Positions 17,313 to 27,105 of a DNA stretch of 64,000 nucleotides are shown here, one piece after another. The stretch is from an uncultured Candidatus Rokubacteria bacterium (GTDB lineage Bacteria > Methylomirabilota > Methylomirabilia > Rokubacteriales > DASRDR01), in the NCBI GenBank assembly GCA_963826115.1, contig CAWGVS010000006.1, positions 1,152,001-1,216,000 of the forward strand, in the 5' to 3' direction. Position numbers and translations under genes: made by a program. Under the pieces are notes generated by a model. The model was not told the origin of the DNA, did no database searches, and worked only from the letters and a program-made list of their open reading frames with translations. Numbering within the stretch: position 1 is the stretch's first letter; the number at the start of each line of letters is the position of its first letter.

Positions 17313-19471
17313 ATGACGCGGGGCCTCGCGCGCCTGGCCCTGGTTGCTGTCGCGTGGCTCGCGGCGGGCCCGGCGCACGCCGCGTCTCCGAGCCCGCCGC
17401 CGCGCGTGGAGGCGCGGCTCGACCTCGATCCCGGCCGCCGAGCCCGTTCCCCGCCGACTGGCTCACGGTGCCCGACCGCACGCAGCGGACGGGGCTCCGC
17501 GTGGCGAATCCCGTCGCGCGGTGCGTGCCGGTCCGCTCCGCCTGCGACGACCTCCGGCTCCTCGCGGAGCTGGACGGCTTCGACCTCGAGCCCCGGCTCC
17601 AGATCCGGTTCACGGGCGCGATCGACGTGGGGAGCGTGAGCACGCGGAGCGTGTTCCTCGTCCGTCTCGGAGCGGGTCCGCCCGAGCTCACGCCCGTCGA
17701 CCGCGTGGTCTGGGATCCCGACACGCTCTCGCTCTACGCGCGCCCCGAGAGCGTGCTCGAGCCCGAGGCCCGGTACGGCCTCGTGGTGACGCGGGACCTC
17801 CGCGACGCGGGCGGCCGGCCGGTCGAGCCCTCCGCCGGCTTCCAGGCGCTCCTCCGGTCGGGCGGGGGCCCGCCCGTGGGCGCCGAGCACCGGGCATCCT
17901 TCGGGCTCCTCCGCCGCGCGCTCGACCGCCGGGGCATCCGGATCGACCGGCTCGCGCTCGCGTCCGTCTTCACCACCGGGAGCGTGTCGGCGTTCCTCGA
18001 GCAGGCGCGCGACGCGCTCGACCGGCAACCGCCGGCGCCCGCGCTGATGACGGCGCCCGAGGCGGGCGGCCGCGCGTGGTTCCCTCGCGCGACCCTGTCG
18101 CAACTCGCCCTCCGGCGTCAGATCGGGCCGGCGCCGAGCGGGACCGGGTCCGCGACCGAGGCCGCGCCCGCCGGGTTCCGCGACGAGACCCTCCAGCTGG
18201 ACGCGCTGCCCCGTGACGCGGTGGGCGGGGTCGGGATCGGCTGGTACTGGTCCCCGTGGTACCTCACGCCCGAGCGCCGGATCGCGGAGCTGCCCACGCT
18301 CGCGCCCCGCCCCCCGGCCTCGGTCGACCGTCCCGTGCCCTTCGTCGTGGTCACGCCCGCCGGCCCGCCGCCGGCCGGGGGCTGGCCCCTCGCGGTCTTC
18401 GGTCACGGCTACGGCGGCGAGATGCTGTCGAACGCGCTCCTCGTGGCGGGGGGTCTCGCGCGCCAGGGGATCGCGACGGTGGCGATCTCGGTGGTCGGCC
18501 ACGGCGGCGGGCCGGAGAGCCGGCTCCTCGTTCACCTGACGGACGGGCGGACGCACGAGGTGCGCGTCCCCGGCCGCGGCGTCGACCTCGACGGGGACGG
18601 CCGCATCGAGCCGACCGAGGGGCTCACGCCGCTGGCGGGCGGTCCCTACGCGGCGCTCGGCCTTCGGGACGGGCTGCGCCAGCAGGTGGTCGACCTCATG
18701 GCGCTCGTGCGGGCCGTCGGAACCGGTCTCGACGTCGATGGCGACGGCGTCGCGGACACGGGGCTCGGTCCGATCGGCTACGCCGGGCACTCTCTCGGCG
18801 GGATCTACGGGACGCTTCTCCTTGCCGTCGACACGCGCGTGCGCGTGGGCGCGCTCGTGGTCGCGGGCGGCCCCGTACCCGAGATCGCGCGGCTCTCGCC
18901 GGCGTTCCGGCCGCGCGTCAAGGAGGCGCTCGGGCGGCGGCTCCCGTCGCTCCTGAACCTGCCGGGCGGCGACTTCCGGGAGGACCTTCCGCTCCGCGGC
19001 GAGGCGCCGGTGGTCACGCCGGCGGTCGGCGCGCTCGCCGTCCAGGAGTACCTCGCGCGGGCCGAGTGGCTCGGCCGCCGCGGGGACCCGGTGGCCTACG
19101 CCCGGCACCTCCGCCGGGCGCCGCTCCCCGGGCTCGAGCCGGCCCGCGTGCTCGTCCAGTACGCGCTCGGGGACCCGGTCGTGCCCAACTCCACGACCGC
19201 GACGCTCGTCCGCGCGGGGCAGCTCGGCGACCGTACCGTCGTGGTGCGAACCGACCGGGTCGCGCGCGCCATGGCCACCGACTGGCCGAACCCGCACGGC
19301 TTCCTGCTCGCGGTCCGCGCGCCGGGCCTGGTCGGGCGCGTGGCGGCGCTGACCCAGGAGCAGCTCGCCCGCTTCCTGCGCGACGACGGGGAGAGCGTGT
19401 GGATTCCCGGCGGGCTCTCGTCCGCGGGGCCGGACGACCGCTTCGTCGAGGGGCCGGCCGGCGCGCGGTGA
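17313..19471 (+). CDS. Secreted alpha/beta-hydrolase (lipase-like) with N-terminal Ig-like region; one frameshift near 17440
   Basis: Signal peptide MTRGLARLALVAVAWLAAGPAHAA in one frame, then SPFPADW...LDGF...VFGHG...GHSLGG...GDPVVPN...PHGF in the next frame. Confidence 0.7.
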
Positions 19472-19600
19472 GACGCGCGCGGCGCCGCGTCGCGCCCTGG
19501 GAGCGCGCGACGCGGTAGGGGTACAATGGCGAGGTCGATCGCGCCCCGACGCCCGGCATCCGGCCGGCGCGTCCGGTGACCCCGAACCTGCGAGGGCCCC

Positions 19601-20086
19601 ATGAAAGTTCTGAGGATCGTGCCGGAGCGGTGCACGGGCTGTCTCCGATGCGAGCTGGCCTGCTCGTACGTCCAGACGGGCACGTTCCAGCCCGCGAAAT
19701 CGGTGATCCGCGTGTCGCCGTTCGAGGGGCACACGAGCTACGCCCCCTACACGTGCTTCCAGTGCGCCGAGGGCTGGTGCATGACCGCGTGCCCGGTGGG
19801 GGCGATCGTCATCTCCCCGGTGGGCGCGAAGGCCGTCATCGACGACCAGTGCGTCGGCTGCAAGCTCTGCACGATCGCCTGCCCGTACGGGACGATGTTC
19901 TACAACCCGGACACGCAGAAGGCGTTCAAGTGCAATCTGTGCGGCGGCGACCCCGCGTGCGCCCACGCCTGCCCGACGCAGGCGATCCTCTACGAGGACG
20001 TCGAGACCGCGGACTGGCTCGGCGACTTCGCGGCCGACCGGGCCGCCGGCACGCTCCTCCCGGCCGGCGGGAACGGGAGGCACTGA
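19601..20086 (+). CDS. 4Fe-4S dicluster electron-transfer subunit (AorA-like)
   Basis: Four Cys clusters: CTGCLRCELAC, CFQC...CMTACP, CVGCKLCTIACP, KCNLC...CAHACP. Confidence 0.9.
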   Translation: MKVLRIVPERCTGCLRCELACSYVQTGTFQPAKSVIRVSPFEGHTSYAPYTCFQCAEGWCMTACPVGAIVISPVGAKAVIDDQCVGCKLCTIACPYGTMFYNPDTQKAFKCNLCGGDPACAHACPTQAILYEDVETADWLGDFAADRAAGTLLPAGGNGRH

Positions 20087-21405
20087 TGCCGAAGCGCCAC
20101 GTCATCGTCGGCGGCGGCACCGCGGGCCACAACGCGATCAACACCATCCGCCAGGAGGAGGGCGAGCGCTCGGAGATCGTCCTGGTCTCGGCGGAGCGGC
20201 CCTACTCGCGGATGGTCCTCCCGTACTACCTCGGGCGCACCATCTCCGAGTCGCACGTCTTCACGGCGACGCCCGCCAAGCTCGCCCGGCTCGGCGTGAC
20301 CACGCAGCTCGGGCGGCGGGCGACCGCGCTCGACGCGAAGGCCGGGAAGCTCACGCTGGACGACGGGACGGCCCTCGAGTACGACGACCTCCTGATCGCG
20401 ACGGGGTCGTCCGCGGTCCGCGCCCCCGTGCCCGGGGCCGACGGCGCCGGGGTCCACAGCTTCTGGACCCTCGAGCAGGCCCGCGGCGTGGTGGCCGAGA
20501 TCAAGGCGGGCAGCCACGTCGTGATGGTCGGGGCCGGCTTCATCGCCTTCACCATCCTCAACTCGATCCTGGCGCTCGGCGCGCGGCTGACCATCCTCGA
20601 GATCGCGCCCCAGATCCTGCCGCGCATGATCGACCGGCAGGGCGCCGCGCTGGTCGACGCGTGGCTCCGGAGGCACGGCGTCGAGATCCGGACCGGCGCC
20701 ACCCTGACGGCGGTCGAGCAGCACGCCGGGCGCCGCCGCCTCCGGTTCAAGGACGGCCCCGACGTCGACGCGGACGTGGTCATCATGGCGACGGGCATCC
20801 GGACGAACCTCGGATGGCTCGAGGGTTCGGGCGTCCGCGTGAACCGGGGCGTCGTCGTGGACGACCGCCTCCGATCCAGCGTCCCGACGGTCTATGCCGC
20901 GGGCGACGTGGCGGAGGGGCGCGACCTGATCACGGGGCAGCCCGACGTTCACGCCATCGAGCCGACGGCGATGGAGCACGGCCGGGTGGTCGGCGCCAAC
21001 ATGGCCGGGCGCGACGTGCAGTACCGCGGGAGCCTCCTCATGAACATCGTGGAGGTGTGTCACCTCGACGTCGCGAGCTTCGGGCGCTGGGACGACCCGG
21101 CGGCCGAGCTCATGCTCGCGGTCGACCCCGACCGCCCCGCGTACCGGAAGCTCCTCTGGCACGGCGACCGGCTGACCGGCGCGATGATCCTCGGCCCCTC
21201 GGGCGACATCTGGACCACGAACGACGTGGGCATGCTGAAGGGCCTGGTCCAGTCCGGGGTGGCGCTCGGGCCGTGGAAGGAGGCGCTCCGGCGCAACCCC
21301 TTCGACGTCAAGCGCGCCTACGTCGCGTCCCACACGGCCCGGCAGCTGCTGCCCCAGACCGTGCTCGGCCGTCCGGCCCCCGCGCCGGCCGTCCTCTGGA
21401 GCTGA
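20086..21405 (+). CDS. FAD/NAD(P)-dependent oxidoreductase (AorC/NirB-N-like)
   Basis: VIVGGGTAG, LLIATGS, VGAGFIA, VYAAGDVAE; TGATG overlap with upstream stop. Confidence 0.88.
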   Translation: MPKRHVIVGGGTAGHNAINTIRQEEGERSEIVLVSAERPYSRMVLPYYLGRTISESHVFTATPAKLARLGVTTQLGRRATALDAKAGKLTLDDGTALEYDDLLIATGSSAVRAPVPGADGAGVHSFWTLEQARGVVAEIKAGSHVVMVGAGFIAFTILNSILALGARLTILEIAPQILPRMIDRQGAALVDAWLRRHGVEIRTGATLTAVEQHAGRRRLRFKDGPDVDADVVIMATGIRTNLGWLEGSGVRVNRGVVVDDRLRSSVPTVYAAGDVAEGRDLITGQPDVHAIEPTAMEHGRVVGANMAGRDVQYRGSLLMNIVEVCHLDVASFGRWDDPAAELMLAVDPDRPAYRKLLWHGDRLTGAMILGPSGDIWTTNDVGMLKGLVQSGVALGPWKEALRRNPFDVKRAYVASHTARQLLPQTVLGRPAPAPAVLWS

Positions 21406-21418
21406 ACATCAAGCAACG

Positions 21419-21485
21419 GGGTCAGGCCTTGACTTTGATGTCCAGACGAAGTGTCCGGCAGGATCTCAAAGTCAAGGCCTGACCC
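21419..21485. repeat. 20-bp perfect inverted repeat (REPIN-like)
   Basis: GGGTCAGGCCTTGACTTTGA (21419-21438) and TCAAAGTCAAGGCCTGACCC (21466-21485), 27-nt spacer. Confidence 0.85.
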
Positions 21486-21524
21486 TGAAGTTTGGCAATC
21501 GAAGCTGAGGCCAGGAGAACGCCA

Positions 21525-23459
21525 ATGACGCAGGCAGGGACGATGGCGGCGACGAAGGTGGCGGGGGCGGTGCGGCGCGACCTCCCCGGCGGGTACGCGG
21601 GACAGCTCCTCCGGGTCGACCTCGGGGCCGGTCGCGCGTGGGGCGAGCCCTGGTCGCCCGCCGACATGCGGACGTACCTCGGCGGCGCCGGGCTCGGCGC
21701 GAAGATCCTGTGGGACGAGGTCCCGCCCGAGGTGGGCTGGGACCATCCGGCGAATCGCCTCGTCCTGGCGACAGGGCCCCTGGCCGGCCTCCCGGTGTGG
21801 GGCACGGGCGGGCTCACCGTCGTCACGCGCGGCGCGATGACCAACGGCGGCACCTCGACCCAGGCCAACGGCTTCTTCGGCGCGAACCTGAAGTACTGCG
21901 GGTACGACGCCATCGTCGTCGAGGGCCAGGCGCCGGAGTGGACCTACCTCCTGGTCCGCGACGACCGCCTCGAGCTCCGCGACGCGCGCCACCTCGTCGG
22001 CAAGGACACCTGGGAGACCCAGGACGCGCTGACCGCCGAGCTCGGGTGCTCGGGCCACATGCTGAGCGTCTACTCGATCGGTCCCGCCGGCGAGAGCCTG
22101 GTGCGCTTCGCGGCGATCCAGGGCGACTACGGCCACGTCGCGTCCAAGAACGGCGTGGGCGCCGTGATGGGCAAGAAGCGCCTCAAGGCGGTCGCGATCG
22201 TCCGGGGCGGCGGCCTCCTCCGCGCCGCCGACCCGCGCGGGCTCATCGCCGCGGCCGACGACATCGCCAACGAGCTCCGCACGAACCCCGCGTCCAAGAC
22301 GCTCTACGAGTACGGCACGCTCCCGGGCGTCGTGAACCTGGGCGCCCTCGGCGCGCTCCCGATCAAGAACTACACGACGAACGTCACGCCGCCCGGCGTC
22401 GACATGAAGCAGTGGGAGGCGCCGGCCCTCCGGAACGGCTTCGACCACCGCGGCCACCAGTGCAACGCCTGCGGCATGCACCACTGCCACATGCAGGTCC
22501 TGCCGAGCGGCAAGCACAAGGGCGCCATCGTCGACGAGCCCGAGTACGAGGGCTGGTCGGGCGCCGGCTGGACGATCGGCTGCACCGACCCGGTGGCGGT
22601 CTCCTGGCTCAACACGCAGCTCGACCGCGCCTGCGTCGACGTCAACGAGTTCGGCTGGCTCTGCGGCTTCGTGATGGAGTGCCAGGAGAAGGGCTACATC
22701 ACCGAGCAGCAGCTCGGCTTCCGGCTCGGGTGGGGCGACGCCGAGGGCGCGAACCGGCTCCTCCAGATGATCAACCGGCGCGAGGGCCTGGGCGATCTCC
22801 TCGCCGAGGGCACGAAGCTCGCGGCCGAGCGCCTGGGCGGCGGCGCGCTCGAGTGCTCGATCTACACCGGCAAGAACGCCTCGCCGCGCGGCCACGACCA
22901 CCGAGGCCGCTGGGAGGAGATGCTCGACACGTGCACCGGCTCGACGGGGACGCTCGAGACCGGGCCGCCGGTGTTCCCGGCCGAGCTCGGCTTGCCCGCG
23001 CGCATCAACCCGTTCGACCCCGAGCAGGTCGCGCGCCAGGTGGCCGGCCTGAACGGCCGCCGGAACTTCGAGGACTCGCTGGGCGCCTGCATCTTCACGA
23101 CGCGGACGTACCTCGAGAACCTCGCGCGCACGCTCTCGGCCGCCACCGGGTGGGAGTACTCGCGCGAGGAGGCGATGCGCTTCGGCCGGCGGATCGGCGC
23201 GATCTTCCGCGCCTTCAACCTCCGCTGCGGCATCCGGAACGACCTCGAGCGGCCGTCCCGGCGCTACTGGTCGACGCCGGTCGACGGGCCCGCGAAGGGC
23301 CAGTCGATCGAGAAGCACTGGGAGCGCATGCTCGACGTCTGGTACGAGGGCATGGGCTACGACCGCGCGAGCGGGCGCCCGACGCCCGAGACCCTGAAGG
23401 CGGTGGGCCTCGAGTGGATGGTCCCGGCCGTGTGGGGCGACGACCGGTCGCGCCGGTGA
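21525..23459 (+). CDS. aor: Aldehyde:ferredoxin oxidoreductase family (tungstopterin) catalytic subunit
   Basis: LLRVDL, YLGGAGLG, SIGPAGESLVRFA, GVGAVMGKKRLKA, CNACGMHC, EPEYE, DSLGAC, GRPTPETL; AGGAG RBS. Confidence 0.9.
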   Translation: MTQAGTMAATKVAGAVRRDLPGGYAGQLLRVDLGAGRAWGEPWSPADMRTYLGGAGLGAKILWDEVPPEVGWDHPANRLVLATGPLAGLPVWGTGGLTVVTRGAMTNGGTSTQANGFFGANLKYCGYDAIVVEGQAPEWTYLLVRDDRLELRDARHLVGKDTWETQDALTAELGCSGHMLSVYSIGPAGESLVRFAAIQGDYGHVASKNGVGAVMGKKRLKAVAIVRGGGLLRAADPRGLIAAADDIANELRTNPASKTLYEYGTLPGVVNLGALGALPIKNYTTNVTPPGVDMKQWEAPALRNGFDHRGHQCNACGMHHCHMQVLPSGKHKGAIVDEPEYEGWSGAGWTIGCTDPVAVSWLNTQLDRACVDVNEFGWLCGFVMECQEKGYITEQQLGFRLGWGDAEGANRLLQMINRREGLGDLLAEGTKLAAERLGGGALECSIYTGKNASPRGHDHRGRWEEMLDTCTGSTGTLETGPPVFPAELGLPARINPFDPEQVARQVAGLNGRRNFEDSLGACIFTTRTYLENLARTLSAATGWEYSREEAMRFGRRIGAIFRAFNLRCGIRNDLERPSRRYWSTPVDGPAKGQSIEKHWERMLDVWYEGMGYDRASGRPTPETLKAVGLEWMVPAVWGDDRSRR

Positions 23460-23782
23460 ACGCGGCCCCGCCCGCGCCCCGGACGGTGCCCGTCGAGGTC
23501 CTGTCCTGGGTCAACAAGCTGATCGGGGGGCCGGGGACGGGGCAGGTGACGGTGGACACGGCGGCGCCCCGCGGCGCGACCGTCCGCGCCGTGCTCCGCG
23601 CGATGTCGGAGCGCTACCCGGAGCTCGGCCAGGCGCTCTGGGACCCGACGCGCCCCCGCGAGCTCGGCGACAACATCGAGGTGCTCGTCAACAACGCCGT
23701 CCTGGGCCTGACGCACGACCTCGACAGCGAGGTGCTGGACGGCGAGCGGATCACGCTGCTCGGCCAGTACATGGGCGGCTAG
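23456..23782 (+). CDS. MoaD/ThiS family sulfur-carrier protein
   Basis: C-terminal part of the 21638 ORF; TVRAVL...VLVNN...ends in Gly-Gly; GTGA overlap with aor stop. Confidence 0.8.
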   Translation: MNAAPPAPRTVPVEVLSWVNKLIGGPGTGQVTVDTAAPRGATVRAVLRAMSERYPELGQALWDPTRPRELGDNIEVLVNNAVLGLTHDLDSEVLDGERITLLGQYMGG

Positions 23783-23798
23783 ACAGGAGAGCCCCGTC

Positions 23799-24437
23799 AT
23801 GATGCCGGAGCCGTCGACCCTCGCCGTGTTCGTCGTGGCCGCCGTGGCGCTCCTCGTCACGCCCGGTCCGGCGGTCCTCTACATCGTCGCCCGGAGCGTG
23901 GAGCAGGGGCGCTGGGCGGGCGTCGTCTCGGCGCTGGGCGTCCACGTCGGCACGCTCGTCCACGTCGCCGCGGCCGCCCTCGGGCTCTCCGCGCTCCTCG
24001 TCTCGTCGGCCCTCGCCTTCGACATCGTCAAGTACCTCGGGGCCGTCTACCTCGTCTACCTGGGGGTCCGGCGGCTCCTCGCGAGGGACGCGCGCGCCGA
24101 GTCGGGCGCCGCCCCGCCCAGGAGCCTCCGGCGCCTCTTCGGGCAGGGCATCGTCGTCAACATCCTGAACCCGAAGACGGCCCTCTTCTTCCTGGCGTTC
24201 CTCCCGCAGTTCGTCGATCCGGCTCGCGGGCAGGTGGGCCTCCAGATCCTGGCCCTCGGGATGATCTTCGTGGCCCTCGGCGTCGTCAGCGACGGCCTCT
24301 ATGCGATCGCCGCCGGCACGGCGGGGGGGTGGCTCAAGCGCGACGGCCGCGTCCTCCGCGCCGAGCGGTACGTCACCGGCGGCGTCTTCGTCGGCCTCGG
24401 CCTGACCGCCGCGTTCGCCGGCAACGGCCGGAAGTAG
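23799..24437 (+). CDS. LysE/RhtB family translocator
   Basis: TPGPAVLY, KYLGAVYLVYLG, NILNPKTALFFLAFLPQFV. Confidence 0.92.
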   Translation: MMPEPSTLAVFVVAAVALLVTPGPAVLYIVARSVEQGRWAGVVSALGVHVGTLVHVAAAALGLSALLVSSALAFDIVKYLGAVYLVYLGVRRLLARDARAESGAAPPRSLRRLFGQGIVVNILNPKTALFFLAFLPQFVDPARGQVGLQILALGMIFVALGVVSDGLYAIAAGTAGGWLKRDGRVLRAERYVTGGVFVGLGLTAAFAGNGRK

Positions 24438-24501
24438 CTGTCCGTCCGGCCGGTCGAAGTGGCGACTCGGTGACACGACCGGACTGCACCCATCTGCGAC
24501 G

Positions 24502-24795
24502 ATGTGCTACATGCGATACCGGAAGAATGAGATTGGCGTGCGGGAGCTGAGGCAGAACCTCAGCGTCTACCTGCGACGGGTCAAGGCTGGTCAAACCCTC
24601 GACGTCAGGGAACGCGGCACCCGGGTCGCTCTGATCGTTCCGGCGACCGGGCGTTCGACGGTTCTCGAACGGCTGATCGAGGCCGGCCGCGCGACTGCCG
24701 CGAAGGGGGATCTGCTCGGGCTCGGACGACCGATTGGACGGCGACCGTCTCGGCGAGCCAGCCGAGCTTTCGCCAGCCTCCGCGCCGAGGGCTGA
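24502..24795 (+). CDS. vapB: Type II TA antitoxin, Phd/YefM family
   Basis: IGVRELRQNLSVYLRRVKAGQTLDVRERGTRVA; overlaps the toxin start (TGATG); alternative start 24511. Confidence 0.85.
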   Translation: MCYMRYRKNEIGVRELRQNLSVYLRRVKAGQTLDVRERGTRVALIVPATGRSTVLERLIEAGRATAAKGDLLGLGRPIGRRPSRRASRAFASLRAEG

Positions 24796-25193
24796 TGCCG
24801 CTCGTCTACCTGGACTCGTCGGCCCTGGTGAAGCTCGTCGTCACGGAGCCGGAGTCGATGGCGTTGATCGAGCGCCTCCAAGCCTGGCCTCGGCGCGTGT
24901 CCAGCGCGCTCGCGTTGACCGAGCTGCCTCGCGCCCTGGCGCGCGCGGGTTTCGGCCCTCCCGTGCAGCGTCGCGCTCGGGAGGTGCTCGGGCGTCTCGA
25001 CCTGCTCGACGTCGACCGCCGGATCCTGGCGACCGCGGCGGCGCTCGAGCCGACGGCCCTGCGCACGCTCGGCGCGATTCACCTGGCCACGGCCCTGGCC
25101 GTGCGCGAGGATCTCGATCTCGTCGTCACCTATGATCGACGACTGCGGGCGGCCGTCGAGCGAGTGCACCTCGACGTTGCGACACTCGCCTGA
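24795..25193 (+). CDS. vapC: Type II TA toxin, VapC PIN-domain family
   Basis: VYLDSSALVKL, LTEL, LRTL(G)AIHLATA, VTYDRRL. Confidence 0.88.
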   Translation: MPLVYLDSSALVKLVVTEPESMALIERLQAWPRRVSSALALTELPRALARAGFGPPVQRRAREVLGRLDLLDVDRRILATAAALEPTALRTLGAIHLATALAVREDLDLVVTYDRRLRAAVERVHLDVATLA

Positions 25194-25338
25194 GGCGGCC
25201 ACGCGCATGGACCTGATCCCGGGGGATCGTCGCGGCGCCCGTGCTCCCGATCTACTCTGACCGGCCTTCCGGCCCTCGGGGACGGTGCAGTATCATCGCC
25301 AGACATCGAGGGCCGCGAGGCCCGGAGAGGAGCCGCGG

Positions 25339-25695
25339 ATGATTGCCAAGGCTACGGATCGGTCGACGTACCTGGACCTCCACAAGATGGACTGGGAGCC
25401 CAGCGGGTTCCCGGGCGTGTGGAACAAGGTGCTCTACGAGGAGCCCGACGGCCGCCGGACCATCCTGACCCGCTTCGAGCCCGGCGCCCGGCTGCCGCGC
25501 CACCGCCACGTCGGGCTCGAGCAGACGTTCATCCTCGAGGGCTCGCTGGTGGACGACGACGGGGAGTGCACGGCGGGGAACTTCGTCTGGCGGCGCCCCG
25601 GGTCGGTCCACCGGGCATGGTCGCCGAACGGCTGCATCGGCATCGGGATCTTCGAGCGCCCGAACGAGTTCCTGGAAGAGCCGGGCCGGGCCTAG
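25339..25695 (+). CDS. ChrR-like cupin domain protein
   Basis: PGARLPRHRHVGLEQTFILEGSL...PGSVH; GAGGAG RBS. Confidence 0.85.
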   Translation: MIAKATDRSTYLDLHKMDWEPSGFPGVWNKVLYEEPDGRRTILTRFEPGARLPRHRHVGLEQTFILEGSLVDDDGECTAGNFVWRRPGSVHRAWSPNGCIGIGIFERPNEFLEEPGRA

Positions 25696-25784
25696 GGCCC
25701 CGCGGCGTCCTCCACGACTGACGCCTCCCGCGCCGCGACGGGCTCGTGTCGCGGGGTGGCTCCGGCCGCGCTCGCGGGCCGGCG

Positions 25785-26015
25785 CTACGGGTAGCGGATC
25801 AGGCGGCCGGTGAAGGAGACCGTGAAGTTGAGCGTCCGGTTGCTCCCGCCGAGCAGGACCAGCACGTCCGTCCGCGGCGCCGCGCAGCCGATCAGCCTCC
25901 GACCCCCGCCGATCGGCAACCCGATTCCCGCCACGATGGTGTAGATCACCTGGGCCTAGGGCGAGGTCTGGTTGAGGAACACCCGCTGGACGTTGACGGG
26001 ACGGATCGAGGGCAT
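25785..26015 (-). pseudogene. Small hypothetical gene interrupted by an in-frame TAG (25956-25958)
   Basis: GAGGAGG RBS then MPSIRPVNVQRVFLNQTSP*AQVIYTIVAG...LNFTVSFTGRLIRYP*; mostly G/C-ending codons. Confidence 0.4.
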
Positions 26016-26118
26016 GCAGACCTCCTCTGGCGCTGGGAGCGATTGATCGCGTGTCGCGCGCGTCGCCGGCACACGAGGGCTACCGCTTCTGTGGTGCGCG
26101 TGTCAAGATGCCGGACCA

Positions 26119-27105
26119 ATGCGACTCAGGTTCGGGATCTGTCCTACGGAGGGCGGCCACTTCTTCCGGGAATCACTGGCCGAGGTCGAGCGCGCCGAGG
26201 CGCTGGGTCTCGACTCGGTGTGGCTCGCCGAGCACCACGGCGTCCGCGACCACTACTGGCCCGCGCCGGTCCAGATGCTGACCGCGCTCGCCGCGCGGAC
26301 GTCGCGCGTGACCCTCGGCGCGAACGTGTGCGTGTTCCCGTTCTACCACCCGGTGCGGCTCGCCGAGGAGACGGCCCTCCTCGACGTGGTCTCGAACGGG
26401 CGCGCCGTCCTGGGGGTCGCCATCGGCTACAAGCCCGACGAGTTCCTCCTCTACGACGCTCAGCTCGAGAAGCGCGGGGCGCGGCTCGAGGAGGGCCTCG
26501 CCCTCATGAAGGCGCTCTGGACGCGGGACGGCGTGACCCACCGCGGGGCGCACTTCACGGTCGTGGACGGGCGGATCGAGCCGAAGCCGGTCCAGCAGCC
26601 CCACCCGCCGGTGTGGATCGGCGGCTGGGGCGACGTCACCCTCCGTCGCGCCGCGCTCCTCGCCGACGCGTGGCTGCCGGGCCCGACGGCGGACCTCCCG
26701 CGGCTCCTCCGGAGCCAGGCGCAGATCCGGGAGCACCGCCGGCAGGCCGGCCTCCCCGAGCCCGCCGAGTGGCCGGTGACGCGCGAGCTCTGCATCGCGG
26801 AGACGGAGCGCGAGGCGCGCGAGCTGGCCGACCGCCACCTCATGCTCGCCTACGGGAAGGAGTACGGCGGGACCTGGAAGCATCCCTTCATCGACGCGGA
26901 GACCGCGGCGGACCTCGACCGTCTCGCCGCGAACCGCTTCCTCATCGGGACGCCGGACCGGGTCGTCCGGGACCTCCAGCCGTTCGTCCGGGAGTACGGG
27001 ATGACCCACGTGATCTTCCGGCTCTTCACGCCCGGCATGCCGCACCGGCAGGTGCTGCGCCAGATCGAGCTCCTGGCGCGAGAGGTCGTCCCCGCGTTTC
27101 GCTAG
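26119..27105 (+). CDS. LLM-class (luciferase-like) flavin-dependent oxidoreductase
   Basis: AEALGLDSVWLAEHH, HPVRLAEETALLDVVSNGR, PKPVQQPHPPVWIGG. Confidence 0.92.
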   Translation: MRLRFGICPTEGGHFFRESLAEVERAEALGLDSVWLAEHHGVRDHYWPAPVQMLTALAARTSRVTLGANVCVFPFYHPVRLAEETALLDVVSNGRAVLGVAIGYKPDEFLLYDAQLEKRGARLEEGLALMKALWTRDGVTHRGAHFTVVDGRIEPKPVQQPHPPVWIGGWGDVTLRRAALLADAWLPGPTADLPRLLRSQAQIREHRRQAGLPEPAEWPVTRELCIAETEREARELADRHLMLAYGKEYGGTWKHPFIDAETAADLDRLAANRFLIGTPDRVVRDLQPFVREYGMTHVIFRLFTPGMPHRQVLRQIELLAREVVPAFR

